Positions 40,228-49,956 of a DNA stretch of 64,000 nt are shown here, piece after piece. A program made the position numbers and the translations under genes. Positions within the stretch are counted from its first letter, which is position 1. Each line of letters begins with the position of its first letter. Source of the stretch: an uncultured Spirochaetales bacterium (GTDB lineage Bacteria; Myxococcota_A; UBA9160; UBA6930); contig CAZTOU010000006.1 in the NCBI GenBank assembly GCA_964615365.1, positions 51,587 to 115,586 on the forward strand. The letters are read 5' to 3'. Below the pieces are notes generated by a model that ran no database searches, had not been told where the DNA came from, and saw only the letters and a list, made by a program, of their open reading frames with translations.

Positions 40228-40267
40228 CTGGCGGGTCAACCGCCGGCAAAGCTACCGTCCGTCGCCT

Positions 40268-41560
40268 ATGAGTCGCGAGCACATCGTCACCCTCGACAAG
40301 AAGCGAATCTGGCATCCCTACACGGCGATGGATGATTACCGGGCGCGGATCGACCCGATCGTGGTCGACCGGGCGTCCGGACCCTATCTCTACGATCTGA
40401 ACGGCCGCAGCTACATCGACGCGAACTCGTCCTGGTGGGTCGCCTCTCTCGGTCACAATCATCCGCGCCTGCTCGAGGTCCTGACGCGGCAGGCGGAGAG
40501 GAACTGCCACAGCGCCCTCGCCGGAATGACACACGAAGTCGCCGCACTGCTCGGGGAGTCCGTTTGCGAAGCGGCACCTGCGGGCCTCGACCACGTCTTC
40601 TACAGCGACAACGGGTCGACCGCCGTCGAGGTCGCCCTCAAGGCGTCCCTTCAGTACTGGGCTCAGAACGGACGCGCTTCGCGGAAGCGTTTCGTCTCCC
40701 TGGAGGACGCGTTCCACGGAGAGACCCTCGGGGTAACGGCGATCGGTGGCGTGGATCTCTTCCGGCGTCCCTTCGAGGGGGCGATTCCCGATCATCTCCG
40801 GGTTCCCTCTCCCACCAAGGCCGGCAGCGTCGAACGCGCGACCGAGATCGTCTCCGACGTGTTCGATCGGCATGCGGAGACACTCGCCGCGGTGGTGGTC
40901 GAACCGGTGGTTCAGGGCGCAGCCGGGATGCAGATCTACGATCCCGCCTACCTGCGGGTGGTCCGGGAGCTCTGCGACCGACACGACGTCCTGCTGATCG
41001 CCGACGAGGTCTTCACCGGATATGGACGCACCGGGCCGATGTGGGCCTGTGAGCACGCCGGCGTGGTTCCCGATCTCCTCTGTACCGCGAAGGGATTCTG
41101 CGGCGGGATGCTCCCCATGGCGGCCACCCTGTTCACCGGTCGCCTCTTCGAGGGCTTCCTGGGCAGTGCCGAACGCGCCTTCTACTACGGGCACTCCTTC
41201 TGCGGCAATCCGCTCGGCGCCGCGGTGGCGCTCGAGGTCCTGCAGATCTACCGGGAGGAGCAGATCCTCGAGCGCGCCCGGCCGAAGGCGGAACGAATCG
41301 CCGCGGCCTTTCAGGCGCTGGCGGAGCTGCCATCGGTCGCTCGTTCCCGATCTCTGGGAATGATCGGGGCAGTGGATCTCACCGAGGGTGAGGGCTATCT
41401 GGCCAGGGCCGGCTGGCGCGTCTACGACGAGGCCCGCGCCAGGGGCGCCTACCTGCGACCGATGGGAAACGTCGTCTACGTCACGCCGCCCCTCAACATC
41501 GAAGACGAAGTCCTCGATCGCCTGCTGGCGATCGTCCGCGAGTCGATCGAGAGCCTCTAG
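40268..41560 (+). CDS. bioA: adenosylmethionine-8-amino-7-oxononanoate aminotransferase
   Basis: IWHPYTAM...SSWWVASLGHNHP...YSDNGSTAVEVALK...LIADEVFTGYGRTGPMWA...TAKGFCGG. Confidence 0.9.
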   Translation: MSREHIVTLDKKRIWHPYTAMDDYRARIDPIVVDRASGPYLYDLNGRSYIDANSSWWVASLGHNHPRLLEVLTRQAERNCHSALAGMTHEVAALLGESVCEAAPAGLDHVFYSDNGSTAVEVALKASLQYWAQNGRASRKRFVSLEDAFHGETLGVTAIGGVDLFRRPFEGAIPDHLRVPSPTKAGSVERATEIVSDVFDRHAETLAAVVVEPVVQGAAGMQIYDPAYLRVVRELCDRHDVLLIADEVFTGYGRTGPMWACEHAGVVPDLLCTAKGFCGGMLPMAATLFTGRLFEGFLGSAERAFYYGHSFCGNPLGAAVALEVLQIYREEQILERARPKAERIAAAFQALAELPSVARSRSLGMIGAVDLTEGEGYLARAGWRVYDEARARGAYLRPMGNVVYVTPPLNIEDEVLDRLLAIVRESIESL

Positions 41561-41561
41561 G

Positions 41562-42113
41562 TCAGAACTCCGTCTCCGACATCGTCTCGGGGTCGTACTC
41601 GTCCAGCGGCGCGATCGGCATGCCGTCGGGGCCGTACACGATCTGGCAGGGGGTCTCCGACGAGAACTGGAAGGTGACCTGGACCAGGAAGCGCTCCGGT
41701 GGCTCCGGAACCGCGGCGCTGTAGATGCCCGCCACCTCGTCGCAGCCGAGCTCGTTTGTGCCCGGCTTGGAGACCACACACTGAACGAGGGTCATGTCCA
41801 GCACCTCGGGGGCCTCGGCGAGCTCCTCATCGAACTCGGAGAGCAGCGCCATGGCGCTCCCGAGATCGAACACCTGTGCCACGCTGCAACCGGCATCGCG
41901 CAGCTGCTGGGTTCCCGGTGCAGACTGGGCGCCCGCCATCGTCTCGACGAACTCTCGAACCGCGGGATTCCGCGCGGCGAAGAAGATCAGGCTGCCGCAG
42001 GTGATCGCGCCCAGGGCCCCCAGCGCGAGAAGAATGTAGAGGAAGACCCTGAGGCCGCTCCGTTCCGGTTCGATCCGTCCCGGGATCTCGGGGCTTCCCG
42101 TCGTCATCGCCAT
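41562..42113 (-). CDS. hypothetical membrane-anchored protein
   Basis: 183 aa. Single TM segment VFLYILLALGALGAITCGSLIFFAA, followed by an acidic, Cys-containing domain. G/C-rich third positions. No family recognised. Confidence 0.55.
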   Translation of the reverse strand: MAMTTGSPEIPGRIEPERSGLRVFLYILLALGALGAITCGSLIFFAARNPAVREFVETMAGAQSAPGTQQLRDAGCSVAQVFDLGSAMALLSEFDEELAEAPEVLDMTLVQCVVSKPGTNELGCDEVAGIYSAAVPEPPERFLVQVTFQFSSETPCQIVYGPDGMPIAPLDEYDPETMSETEF

Positions 42114-42190
42114 CCCTCCTTCCGCCGTACTCCCGGCGTTCTCGTTTCGAGCGTCATGGATCGTCCGGATTCGCCCGGATCATTCGTGAC

Positions 42191-43189
42191 TCAGGGATCC
42201 AGCAGCTCCGCGGCGCTCATGCACTCGGGCCCGCGCCCGCCCGTCTTCGCCTCGATCAGCTTCGAGAGCACCCGCGCGTTGGTCGGCGCCCGGATTCCGC
42301 GCGCCTCCGCGAGCTCGAGAATCCGCCGGTGGTATCCGTCCGCCTCCAGGGGGGCACTGCTTCGCAGGCTGCTCCACACCTGATTGTATAGGGGAATCCG
42401 CCGGGCGCTGGTCCCGCGCTCCAGCGATTCGCGCTGGTGGCGGATCTCCTCATCGAGGGATCGGTCTCGCCCATCGCAGGAGCGCGCCGCGATGCCGCTG
42501 GTCGCCAGCACCTCGCGCGCCTCCTCCAGGAGCCGGACCTTGACCTCGACGAAGGGATGCGATTCGTGATCCTCCCTCCGGATCAGGGCGTTGGGGGCGC
42601 TCATCAGGTTCACGCAGAGCTTGAGCCAGCGATCCTCCGCGATTCGCGACGAGATCCCCACGTCGAAGCCCGCGCCACGGAGGTCCTGGGCGAAGGCTTC
42701 GGTCTCGGGGTCCGAGCCCTCTGGATGCAGCCCCACGACCACCCGCCCCGCTCCCGTGAAGCGGACCTGATCCGGCTCGACCCGGGTGCAGGTCTGCCGC
42801 CACACCGCGCCGATCACCCGGGTAAAGTGCTGCGCCAGCAGCACGTCGTTGTCCACGCCGTTCTGCAGGTTCACAACCGTGGCGCCGGGAGCGAGCTTGG
42901 CCAGGGGGGGTGCCAGTCCTTCCGTGTCGTTGGCGCGGACGCAGAGCAGCAGGGGTCGCTCGGTTCCGCGGAGGTCGGCGTTCTCGATTCCCGCGACCGC
43001 GTTGACCGGTGCACGCCAGCGCTCGCCGCTCTGCGGATCCTCGACCCGGATACCGCCCGATGCGAGCTGTCGCACAGTGCGGGCGTTTCGAGTCACCAGG
43101 CGCACCGGAAGCCCGGCCCGCGACAGCCGTGCGGCCAGGGCGAGGCCCACCGAGCCGGCCCCGATCACGGTGCGCATCAACGGTGCCAT
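42191..43189 (-). CDS. panE: 2-dehydropantoate 2-reductase (ApbA/PanE family)
   Basis: Real part of track ORF 42191..43927. ATG at 43189 (alternative 43177). VIGAGSVGLALAARL Rossmann motif; VVNLQNGV; KLCVNLMSAPNAL. Confidence 0.8.
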   Translation of the reverse strand: MAPLMRTVIGAGSVGLALAARLSRAGLPVRLVTRNARTVRQLASGGIRVEDPQSGERWRAPVNAVAGIENADLRGTERPLLLCVRANDTEGLAPPLAKLAPGATVVNLQNGVDNDVLLAQHFTRVIGAVWRQTCTRVEPDQVRFTGAGRVVVGLHPEGSDPETEAFAQDLRGAGFDVGISSRIAEDRWLKLCVNLMSAPNALIRREDHESHPFVEVKVRLLEEAREVLATSGIAARSCDGRDRSLDEEIRHQRESLERGTSARRIPLYNQVWSSLRSSAPLEADGYHRRILELAEARGIRAPTNARVLSKLIEAKTGGRGPECMSAAELLDP

Positions 43190-43217
43190 CCCCGCATCGC
43201 CGGCGACGCCCGCCGCG

Positions 43218-44240
43218 TCAGCAAGGGATCTCCTCGAGCACGGCGCGCAGCCGCTCCAGGGTCTCCTCCACGTCGGAGGCGGAGACGTCGAGATGGGTGA
43301 CTGCGCGAAAACGCCCCGGGCCGATCGGATTGACCAGGAGGTGGCGCGCCCGGGTCGCGCGCACGAAAGCCAGGGTGTCCTGGAACTCGAACACCACCAT
43401 GTTGGTCTCCGGCTTGCCCACGACCGCGAGCCCGATGCGTTCCATTCCCTCGGCGAGGAGCCTGGCATTTTCGTGATCCTCGGCCAGGCGTTCCACGTGG
43501 TGTTCCAGGGCGTGGAGTCCCGCAGCGGCCAGGAAGCCAGCCTGGCGCATGCCGCCCCCGAACCGCTTCCGGATTCGGCGAAGCTCGTGGGCTCGCTCGA
43601 GCGAGGTGCCGACCAGCGATCCCACCGGGGCCCCCAGTCCCTTGGAGAGGCAGACGGAGACGGTGTCGAAGGGCTCCGCGATGCGGGCGGGGTCGGTCTC
43701 GGTGGCGACCGCCGCATTGAAGAGACGGGCCCCGTCGAGATGCAGCCGCAGTCCCGCGGTGCGGGCCGTCTCCACCACCCCTTCGAGCAGATCCGCGGGA
43801 AAAACCCTCCCTCCCGCCATGTTGTGGGTATTCTCGACGGCCACGACCGTCGTCGGAGCGAAGTGCTGCTCGTCCGGATGGAGGTTCTCGCGGACGTCGT
43901 CGGCGTCGAAGATCCCCTCCGCGCCAATCGTCTTGATCTGGACGCCAGAGAGCGCCGAGGCCGCGCCGGACTCGTACTTCAGGATGTGGCAGTCCCGAGA
44001 GGCGAGCACCACGTCGCCCGGGCGAGTGAGCGTATGCAGGGCGGCCTGGTTGGCCATCGTGCCCGAGGGGAAGAAGAGGGTCGCCTCTTTGCCGAGCAGC
44101 GCCGCCGCACGCTCTTGGAGCCGGTTCAACGTCGGGTCCTCGCCGTACACGTCATCTCCCACCTCGGCCGCCATGATCGCCTCTCGCATGGCTGCCGTGG
44201 GCTGGGTGACGGTGTCGCTCCGGAGATCGATGACCTTCAT
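43218..44240 (-). CDS. ltaE: low-specificity threonine aldolase
   Basis: [12 protein letters not shown]...DDVYGEDPT...[10 protein letters not shown]...VENTHN...[12 protein letters not shown] (PLP lysine). Confidence 0.9.
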   Translation of the reverse strand: MKVIDLRSDTVTQPTAAMREAIMAAEVGDDVYGEDPTLNRLQERAAALLGKEATLFFPSGTMANQAALHTLTRPGDVVLASRDCHILKYESGAASALSGVQIKTIGAEGIFDADDVRENLHPDEQHFAPTTVVAVENTHNMAGGRVFPADLLEGVVETARTAGLRLHLDGARLFNAAVATETDPARIAEPFDTVSVCLSKGLGAPVGSLVGTSLERAHELRRIRKRFGGGMRQAGFLAAAGLHALEHHVERLAEDHENARLLAEGMERIGLAVVGKPETNMVVFEFQDTLAFVRATRARHLLVNPIGPGRFRAVTHLDVSASDVEETLERLRAVLEEIPC

Positions 44241-44338
44241 GGCAGCCAGGATAGCGTCGGGAACCTGAAGCCGGCGATCGGCAGTGCCCGGGCCGCTCGC
44301 AGCGCGCCGCGGTGAGAAATGCAGGCTAGACTGGCCCC

Positions 44339-45091
44339 GTGGATGCCGTGACCCAGGTCGCCGAATGCTGGCGGGAGGCGGGGCGCGTGGTCGTGCTCAC
44401 CGGCGCGGGAATCTCGACGGCATCCGGGATCCCGGACTTCCGCTCGCCGGGCGGACGCTGGGAGCGCTATCAGCCCGTCACGATCCAGGACTTCCTCGCC
44501 CACGAGGAGTCGCGGCGCGAGTACTGGCGCTACAAGAGCGAGACCTGGGAGTTGATCTCCTCGGCGGAGCCCAACCCCGCCCACCGCGCCCTGGCGGAGC
44601 TGGGGCGCGCGAACCGAATCCGTCTGCTGGTGACGCAGAACGTGGACGGTCTCCACGAGCGGAGCGAATTCCCCACCGATCGTCTGATCAACATCCACGG
44701 AACCGATTCCCGGGTCCAGTGCATGGGCTGCGGAAGGGAGGAGCCGCGCCAGGTCGGTCAGGAGCTCTTCGAGGCCGGCCAGCTGGTTCCCCGCTGTGAA
44801 TGCGGCGGACCCTTCAAGCCGGCCACGATCTCCTTCGGACAGAGTCTGGTCGCGGAGGATCTCCAGCGCTGCTTTGGCGAAGCGGCGCGCTGCGATTTCT
44901 TCGTCGCCGTCGGCAGCTCGTTGGTGGTGAGCCCGGTCAATCAGATGTTCGGCGAGGCAAAGGCGGCGGGTGCTCGCGCTGCGATCCTCACCTCTTCCGA
45001 GACGCCTTTCGACGACGCGGCGGACTGGAAGCTTTCGGATCCCGTCGAGGTCATCCTTCCCCTCCTACGCGACGGGGTCATAGCAAAGTGA
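44339..45091 (+). CDS. cobB: NAD-dependent protein deacylase (sirtuin)
   Basis: GTG start at 44339. [24 protein letters not shown], and the zinc ribbon CMGCG...CECGG. Confidence 0.9.
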   Translation: MDAVTQVAECWREAGRVVVLTGAGISTASGIPDFRSPGGRWERYQPVTIQDFLAHEESRREYWRYKSETWELISSAEPNPAHRALAELGRANRIRLLVTQNVDGLHERSEFPTDRLINIHGTDSRVQCMGCGREEPRQVGQELFEAGQLVPRCECGGPFKPATISFGQSLVAEDLQRCFGEAARCDFFVAVGSSLVVSPVNQMFGEAKAAGARAAILTSSETPFDDAADWKLSDPVEVILPLLRDGVIAK

Positions 45092-45465
45092 CGCACCACC
45101 GCGGCGGCTGTCATTGCGGTCGGATCGCCTTCCGGTTCACCGGCGAGATCGAGGCGGCGGAGGTCTGCAACTGCTCGATTTGCCACATGAAGGCGTACGT
45201 GCACTACTACGTCCCGCGCGACCGTTTCGAGCTGCAGACGCCGGAAGCGGACTACTCGATCTACCAGTTCAACACCCGCGTTGCCCGTCACCACTTCTGC
45301 CCGGTCTGCGGAGTCGCGCCCTTCTACGTCCCGCGTTCGGACCCGGATGAGATCGACGTGAACCTCCGTTGTGTCGAGGGGATCGACCTGGATGCGATCA
45401 CCATCACGACGTTCGACGGGCGTCACTGGGAGGAGGCCCACCGCCGCAACCGCGGCGGCTCGTGA
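45088..45465 (+). CDS. GFA/CENP-V-family zinc-binding protein
   Basis: The GTG at 45088 overlaps the cobB stop (GTGA). Cys pattern GGCHCG...CNCSIC...HHFCPVCG is typical of the glutathione-dependent formaldehyde-activating-enzyme fold. Confidence 0.8.
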   Translation: MTHHRGGCHCGRIAFRFTGEIEAAEVCNCSICHMKAYVHYYVPRDRFELQTPEADYSIYQFNTRVARHHFCPVCGVAPFYVPRSDPDEIDVNLRCVEGIDLDAITITTFDGRHWEEAHRRNRGGS

Positions 45466-46261
45466 ACTCCAGCATCGTGCGCAGCACCGGAGCGGGTCGG
45501 TCGATGTGGACGTGATGGCCGGCGTCGGGGATCTCCACCAGCTGCGCGTCGGGAATCGCCGAGACGATCTCGAGGGCGCCCTCGCGGGTGAGCAGCGCGC
45601 TCTCTTCTCCTCGCAGCAGCAGCGTCGGGCAGCGGACGTTCTCGAGGACCGGCCGGCCCAGCGGCGGCACCCCGAGCCAGCGCGGGTCGAACTTGAAGCC
45701 GAAACGCCCGTCCGGCTCCTGGCGCACCGATTGCGCCGCGATCCGCCGCCTCATCTCGCCGTCGGCATGGGCGGCGCGCGGAAGGAATCGGAACCGCCGG
45801 ATCGCCTCCTCGCGGGACGGGTAGCTCTGGCCGAGGGTGAGAGCGAGCCTCGTGGCTCGCTCACGGGATCGGGATGCTCCCCGGGTCAGCTCGAGAAGAA
45901 TCAGGGCTGGCGTGTGCGCGCTCCGGGCCGCGTGCTCCAGGGCGACATGGGCGCCCAGGGAGTGGCCGACCAGGATCGCGTCGGGTGCCGAGAGATGCTC
46001 GAGCGTGGCATCGAGGTCGTCGGAGAACGCACCGGCCCGGAGTTGCTCGGGAAAATCCGAGTCCCCGTGGCCTCGAAAGTCGAGTGCGATCACGTCGAAG
46101 CGTTCGGCGAGCTGGGGGGCCAGGTGGTCCCACCAGTGTGCGTTCGCCCCGGCGCCGTGCAGCAGGACCAGCTTGGCTCGTCCAGCCAGGCCGTGGTGAA
46201 TGCCGTGGAGATGAACTCCATGCAGCCTTCGCCCGGTGAATCGTTCCGCGCTTCCCTGCAT
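45404..46261 (-). CDS. alpha/beta hydrolase
   Basis: LVLLHGAGANAHWW, ALDFRGHGDS, nucleophile elbow GHSLGA, C-terminal DAGHHVH. ATG at 46261 (alternative start at 46294). Confidence 0.8.
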   Translation of the reverse strand: MQGSAERFTGRRLHGVHLHGIHHGLAGRAKLVLLHGAGANAHWWDHLAPQLAERFDVIALDFRGHGDSDFPEQLRAGAFSDDLDATLEHLSAPDAILVGHSLGAHVALEHAARSAHTPALILLELTRGASRSRERATRLALTLGQSYPSREEAIRRFRFLPRAAHADGEMRRRIAAQSVRQEPDGRFGFKFDPRWLGVPPLGRPVLENVRCPTLLLRGEESALLTREGALEIVSAIPDAQLVEIPDAGHHVHIDRPAPVLRTMLEFTSRRGCGGGPPPSDARRTS

Positions 46262-46481
46262 CGGTCGCGCAGCGTACCACTGGATTCCCCGCACTTCCCC
46301 CGATCGCGAAATCGCGTTTCACGGCTCCGGCGAAGCGGCCGAATTCGCCACTTCCAGCCCTTCTGGGCGCGTTTTTCGTTTGACTCCCCGCTTGGAAGGC
46401 TTAACATGCGACGCTGCTGACCACGGCGTACCAAGCGCCGGGGGGATTGACGCCGAAGGATCGGCGTGTTGGAGAGGTTAA

Positions 46482-46694
46482 ATGGCAGCAAGAAGAAAGA
46501 AGGCAGCCCGGCGCTCGTCGAAGCCCGCCGAGCTCATCATCTCGAAGGCTCGAACCAAGGCGGCGGTCAAGAAGTGCAACGTAGGTCAGGAGTTCTACGG
46601 TGCCCTCGACGGTGCGGTTCGGGATATGATCAAGAGTGCTGAGGCTCGGGCGCTCGGGAACAAACGCAAGACGCTGAAGGCCGTCGATCTCTAG
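46482..46694 (+). CDS. histone-fold DNA-binding protein (alpha3-truncated bacterial type) with a basic N-terminal tail
   Basis: 70 aa. GGAGAGG Shine-Dalgarno 5 nt upstream. Tail MAARRKKAARRSSKP. ISKARTKAAVKK (alpha1) - NVGQ (L1) - EFYGALDGAVRDMIKSAEARALGN (alpha2) - KRKTLKAVDL* aligns with archaeal HMfB ...HAGRKTIKAEDI. A hairpin terminator follows. Confidence 0.7.
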   Translation: MAARRKKAARRSSKPAELIISKARTKAAVKKCNVGQEFYGALDGAVRDMIKSAEARALGNKRKTLKAVDL

Positions 46695-46719
46695 ACCGGA
46701 TCGCCGATCGAAGTGAAAG

Positions 46720-46748
46720 GGGCCCGCGGGAGGTCATCCCGCGGGCCC
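46720..46748. terminator. bidirectional hairpin terminator between convergent genes
   Basis: 12-bp stem GGGCCCGCGGGA/TCCCGCGGGCCC with a 5-nt loop. TCTTGCCT follows on the plus strand and TTTCACTT on the minus strand. Confidence 0.5.
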
Positions 46749-46777
46749 TCTTGCCTGCTCCTGCCCGATTCTCCGGC

Positions 46778-47923
46778 CTAGGCCGTGTGGTCGCGCGATC
46801 CGCCCTCGGTCAGGTTGTACCCGACCCGGAACAGGTGCTCGAAGGTCACCCGGCGCAGCACCTCGAGCGGATCGACTGCGTTCTCCCGAGAGAGGGTGTC
46901 CAGGCCGCGGCTCGTCAGCTCAGCGGCTCTCTCGATGGCCAGAGGCAGGGTCTCCGCATCACCCAGGGGCATGCGTTCCGCCACCGCGATCCGGTTGGCC
47001 AACGCCAGGAACGCGTAGAGAAGGGGGCGCTGCTCCTGCTCGGGAAGCTCCGCCAGCGCCCGGAAGATCGATCGCTCCGAGTGCGCCGTGACCGGAAGGT
47101 CCGGCATCCAGACCGGGAGGGGCCATTCCCCCACTTCCAGGAACTGGTCACCCTCGGGAAGCTTCGTCAGCGACTCCGGGCGAATGAAGCCGTAGATCCG
47201 CATGGACTCCTCCCAGGTGGGGAACCCCAGATCCTGCAGGCGGCCGGTGCGCCAGCGCATCGCCCATTCCTCGGCCTCCGACGGCAGCTCCCAGATCACG
47301 CCCTGGAGCAGGCGAAAGTAGACCCAGTAGTCGTTCTGGAAGAGGGTGCGAAGCAGGGATTCGACCTCCGCGAGGTCGTCCTTCTCGCGGAGTGCGAAGA
47401 AATGGAACTGGCCATCGATGGTGCGCGCGTGCGGCGGCGGCGTCCATCCATCCTCGCTGGAATGGAGCACCACGCCGATCCGCGACTGCAGGTGCAGCAC
47501 CAAGAGCTCCAGGTCCATGGCCCGGGCGGAGCGCAGCAGGGTCTCGTCGCCGGAATCGGCGCAGGCCTTGAGCCACTCGTCGAGCTTGGAGCGGTCGGGC
47601 GCGAAGTCCTGCCAGACGTCGAGATCCAGACAGACCGCGATCTGCTCCGTGGTGGCGTGAGCCATCAAGCTGCCGGCATCGTGCAGGCCCACAGCCTTCG
47701 CGGTGAAGCAGAACTCGGCTGGCGGCAGCGCCGGGATCAAGCGCTCCGGCTCCGGTGCCAGATCGATCAGCTCACTCCGCCGCGAGACCGGGGTCTGGCA
47801 GACCAGGGCCGTCTGGGCGTCGATGCTGAGCATCGCCATGGCGTCGCGAGCGGCCTCGCGGTCCTGGCGAGCGAGCTGGAGGATTCGGCGCACCTCGGGG
47901 GGGAGACTGGGGAGAGCCGCCAT
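46778..47923 (-). CDS. conserved-looking hypothetical protein, no domain recognised
   Basis: Only the last 381 codons of track ORF 46778..48817 are coding-like, from the ATG at 47923 (MAALPSLPPEVRRILQLARQ). Soluble, Trp-rich, acidic. Confidence 0.65.
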   Translation of the reverse strand: MAALPSLPPEVRRILQLARQDREAARDAMAMLSIDAQTALVCQTPVSRRSELIDLAPEPERLIPALPPAEFCFTAKAVGLHDAGSLMAHATTEQIAVCLDLDVWQDFAPDRSKLDEWLKACADSGDETLLRSARAMDLELLVLHLQSRIGVVLHSSEDGWTPPPHARTIDGQFHFFALREKDDLAEVESLLRTLFQNDYWVYFRLLQGVIWELPSEAEEWAMRWRTGRLQDLGFPTWEESMRIYGFIRPESLTKLPEGDQFLEVGEWPLPVWMPDLPVTAHSERSIFRALAELPEQEQRPLLYAFLALANRIAVAERMPLGDAETLPLAIERAAELTSRGLDTLSRENAVDPLEVLRRVTFEHLFRVGYNLTEGGSRDHTA

Positions 47924-48009
47924 GCCGCAGGATCCTAGCCCGCGTGGTCCAAGTGTCGACGTGGTATCTTCGCGGTTTTTCGCCGTGCGAGGGCAACGGG
48001 GATGACGGA

Positions 48010-49218
48010 TTGAACCGACAGATCTGGAGTCGGCTCGCGACGCCGCTTCTCTCTCGGCTCGCGATTCTCTCTGCCGCCCGCGTCGGGGTGCTCCTTCCGG
48101 TCGTCCTCTGCTCGGTCTCGGTGGCGCAGGCCCAGGATCCCCCGCCCGACGCGGTGGTCGCGGATCTTCCGTTCCTCGACTCGCCTCTTCCGAGCAGCGT
48201 CGTCGTCGATCTCGCCAGGGAGGCCGCAGCTCGTCCTTTTCCGCTGGTTCTCGACACCGGTGCCAGCTACAGCACGGTGACCGCGGGTCTCGCTCGTGAG
48301 CTCGGCGTGCCGGTCCGCTCGGCGAAGAGCTCCCCCTACCGGCGCGCCACCTGTCTGGGGCGCGACCTGCAGTTCCGGGTGGACGCGCGCCGTGGAGACA
48401 TGGTCTCGCCGACCGGCAGGGAGTTCGGGCTGCTGGGTGGGAACTTCCTCGTCGAATACGTCGTGGAGATCGATTTTCCGGACCGGCGGGTGCGCTTCCT
48501 GGATCCGGACCGCTACCGGGTTCCCGAGGAGGCAGCGTCTCCCGACGAGACCGTGATGCGGATGCAGCTGGTCTCGAACCGCCCCATCGTCGAGGTCGAG
48601 ATCGAAGGACATCCGGTGAGTCTGCTCCTCGACACCGGCGCCGCCTACGGCGTCCTGATCGGGGGGCGCGTCGCCCGCGCCGCGGGCCTCGAGTCCCTCC
48701 CCGCCGCAGGGCTTTCGGCCGCGGGGGTGCTGGGAGAGATCGGCGTGGAGTTCTCGGAGGCCAAGAGCGTCCGGGTGGGGTCCCTGGAGTTCCAGAACCT
48801 GCCGGTGATCGTCGCACCCCGCGGCCTCTACCAACAAGGCACCGCCAACGATTCGCTGATCGGATACGACCTGTTCTCGCAGCTCACCCTGCGGATCGAC
48901 TATCCCAGGAAGCGGGTGTGGCTGCGCCGCGATCCCGGGGTGCCTCCGATCTTTCTCGGCGCCGACTACACACTGGTGCGTTCGAGCGGAGCCCTGCTCT
49001 TCCGCGACGGGAGCAGCATCTTCGCCGCGGCAATCCTCCCGGGAGGCGCGGCGGATCGGATTGGTCTGCAGCCACAGGACGTGCTCGAGGGTTTCGATGC
49101 CAGCGACGAGGAATTCGATCCGGCGAGTCCTCACCATGCGATCGCGGGAGAAGGCCCGGTGCAGATCCGACGACGCGGAGAGGGCGGACGCTGGCGCCTG
49201 CTCCGCCTCCCACGCTAG
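48010..49218 (+). CDS. secreted tandem retropepsin-like aspartyl protease with C-terminal PDZ domain
   Basis: Two DTG active-site motifs (LVLDTGASYS, LLLDTGAAYG), each followed by a GLLGGNFL / SLIGYDLF flap-like motif. C-terminal PDZ-like ILPGGAADRIGLQPQDVL. The TTG at 48010 gives a good signal peptide (ILSAARVGVLLPVVLCSVSVAQA). The alternative GTG at 47944 would leave only 20 nt to the divergent gene. Confidence 0.75.
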   Translation: MNRQIWSRLATPLLSRLAILSAARVGVLLPVVLCSVSVAQAQDPPPDAVVADLPFLDSPLPSSVVVDLAREAAARPFPLVLDTGASYSTVTAGLARELGVPVRSAKSSPYRRATCLGRDLQFRVDARRGDMVSPTGREFGLLGGNFLVEYVVEIDFPDRRVRFLDPDRYRVPEEAASPDETVMRMQLVSNRPIVEVEIEGHPVSLLLDTGAAYGVLIGGRVARAAGLESLPAAGLSAAGVLGEIGVEFSEAKSVRVGSLEFQNLPVIVAPRGLYQQGTANDSLIGYDLFSQLTLRIDYPRKRVWLRRDPGVPPIFLGADYTLVRSSGALLFRDGSSIFAAAILPGGAADRIGLQPQDVLEGFDASDEEFDPASPHHAIAGEGPVQIRRRGEGGRWRLLRLPR

Positions 49219-49331
49219 CCCGAATCATTCATGAGCGCTCTACTGTGCTCTTGGCGTCCTCGCGACGAGCTTCATGAATGATCCGGGCTGGAACCGGACT
49301 CCCGCTCCGCGGTGTCCGCTATCCTGCTCGG

Positions 49332-49946
49332 GTGCCGACGATCGACGACGTTCGAAAGGGTCTTGGGGAGTACACTCCCCGGATCCTCTCCGCCGGGGAA
49401 TTTCAGCAGGCCGCCGTGGCCGTGGTCCTGCGCGAGGTCGAGGATCACCGGGCGGAGGTGCTCTTCATCAAGCGCGCCGACCGTCTCGGGGATCCCTGGT
49501 CCGGTCACATGGCCTTTCCCGGTGGCCGCCTGGCCCTGGACGACGCGACGATCCAATCCGCAGCCGAACGCGAGACCCTGGAGGAGGTCGGTCTCTCCTT
49601 GCAGGAGGCGGAGAGGCTCGGTCGACTCGACGACCTTGAAGGTCTCCAAGGCGCCGGCCGTTCCGCGGGAATCGTGATCTCCGCGTTCGTCTATCACCAC
49701 GAATCGCCAGGCCGTCTGCGCGTCAGCGACGAGGCGGAGGAAGCCTTCTGGGTCTCCCTCTCCGACCTATCGGATCCCGCGCGGCAGGTCGACTACAACC
49801 ATCCCCTGCTGCCCTCGGAGACCTATCCCGGCATCCTGGTGGGAGACCCGGACCGGCACGTGGTTTGGGGGCTCACCTACCGCTTCGTGGAGGGGTTCCT
49901 GGCCGTCGCGGGCACGTCTCTGCCGCCTCGCGACGCGACCCGGTGA
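49332..49946 (+). CDS. NUDIX hydrolase (CoA pyrophosphatase-like)
   Basis: FPGGRLALDDATIQSAAERETLEEVGL Nudix box. I prefer the GTG at 49332 because TATCCT lies 6 nt upstream; the alternative is the ATG at 49278. Confidence 0.8.
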   Translation: MPTIDDVRKGLGEYTPRILSAGEFQQAAVAVVLREVEDHRAEVLFIKRADRLGDPWSGHMAFPGGRLALDDATIQSAAERETLEEVGLSLQEAERLGRLDDLEGLQGAGRSAGIVISAFVYHHESPGRLRVSDEAEEAFWVSLSDLSDPARQVDYNHPLLPSETYPGILVGDPDRHVVWGLTYRFVEGFLAVAGTSLPPRDATR

Positions 49947-49956
49947 GAAAAGCGGG

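Noticed and set aside
34991-40239. Very long minus-strand ORFs (34991..37816, 941 aa; 37801..40239, 812 aa), and similar ones elsewhere (1481..3028, 3050..4888, 53685..56825, 11043..12533).
   Set aside because: They lie antisense or out of frame to genes with unmistakable family motifs (kinases, acs, aconitase, proS). They translate to Arg/Pro/Gly/Asp-rich low-complexity strings. These are typical stop-poor shadow frames of GC-rich DNA.
44339-45091. The SIR2-domain gene considered as a possible anti-phage defence effector.
   Set aside because: It has the full canonical sirtuin deacylase motifs, including the zinc ribbon, is of CobB size, and has no defence-type partner genes. It is coupled only to a small GFA-family protein.
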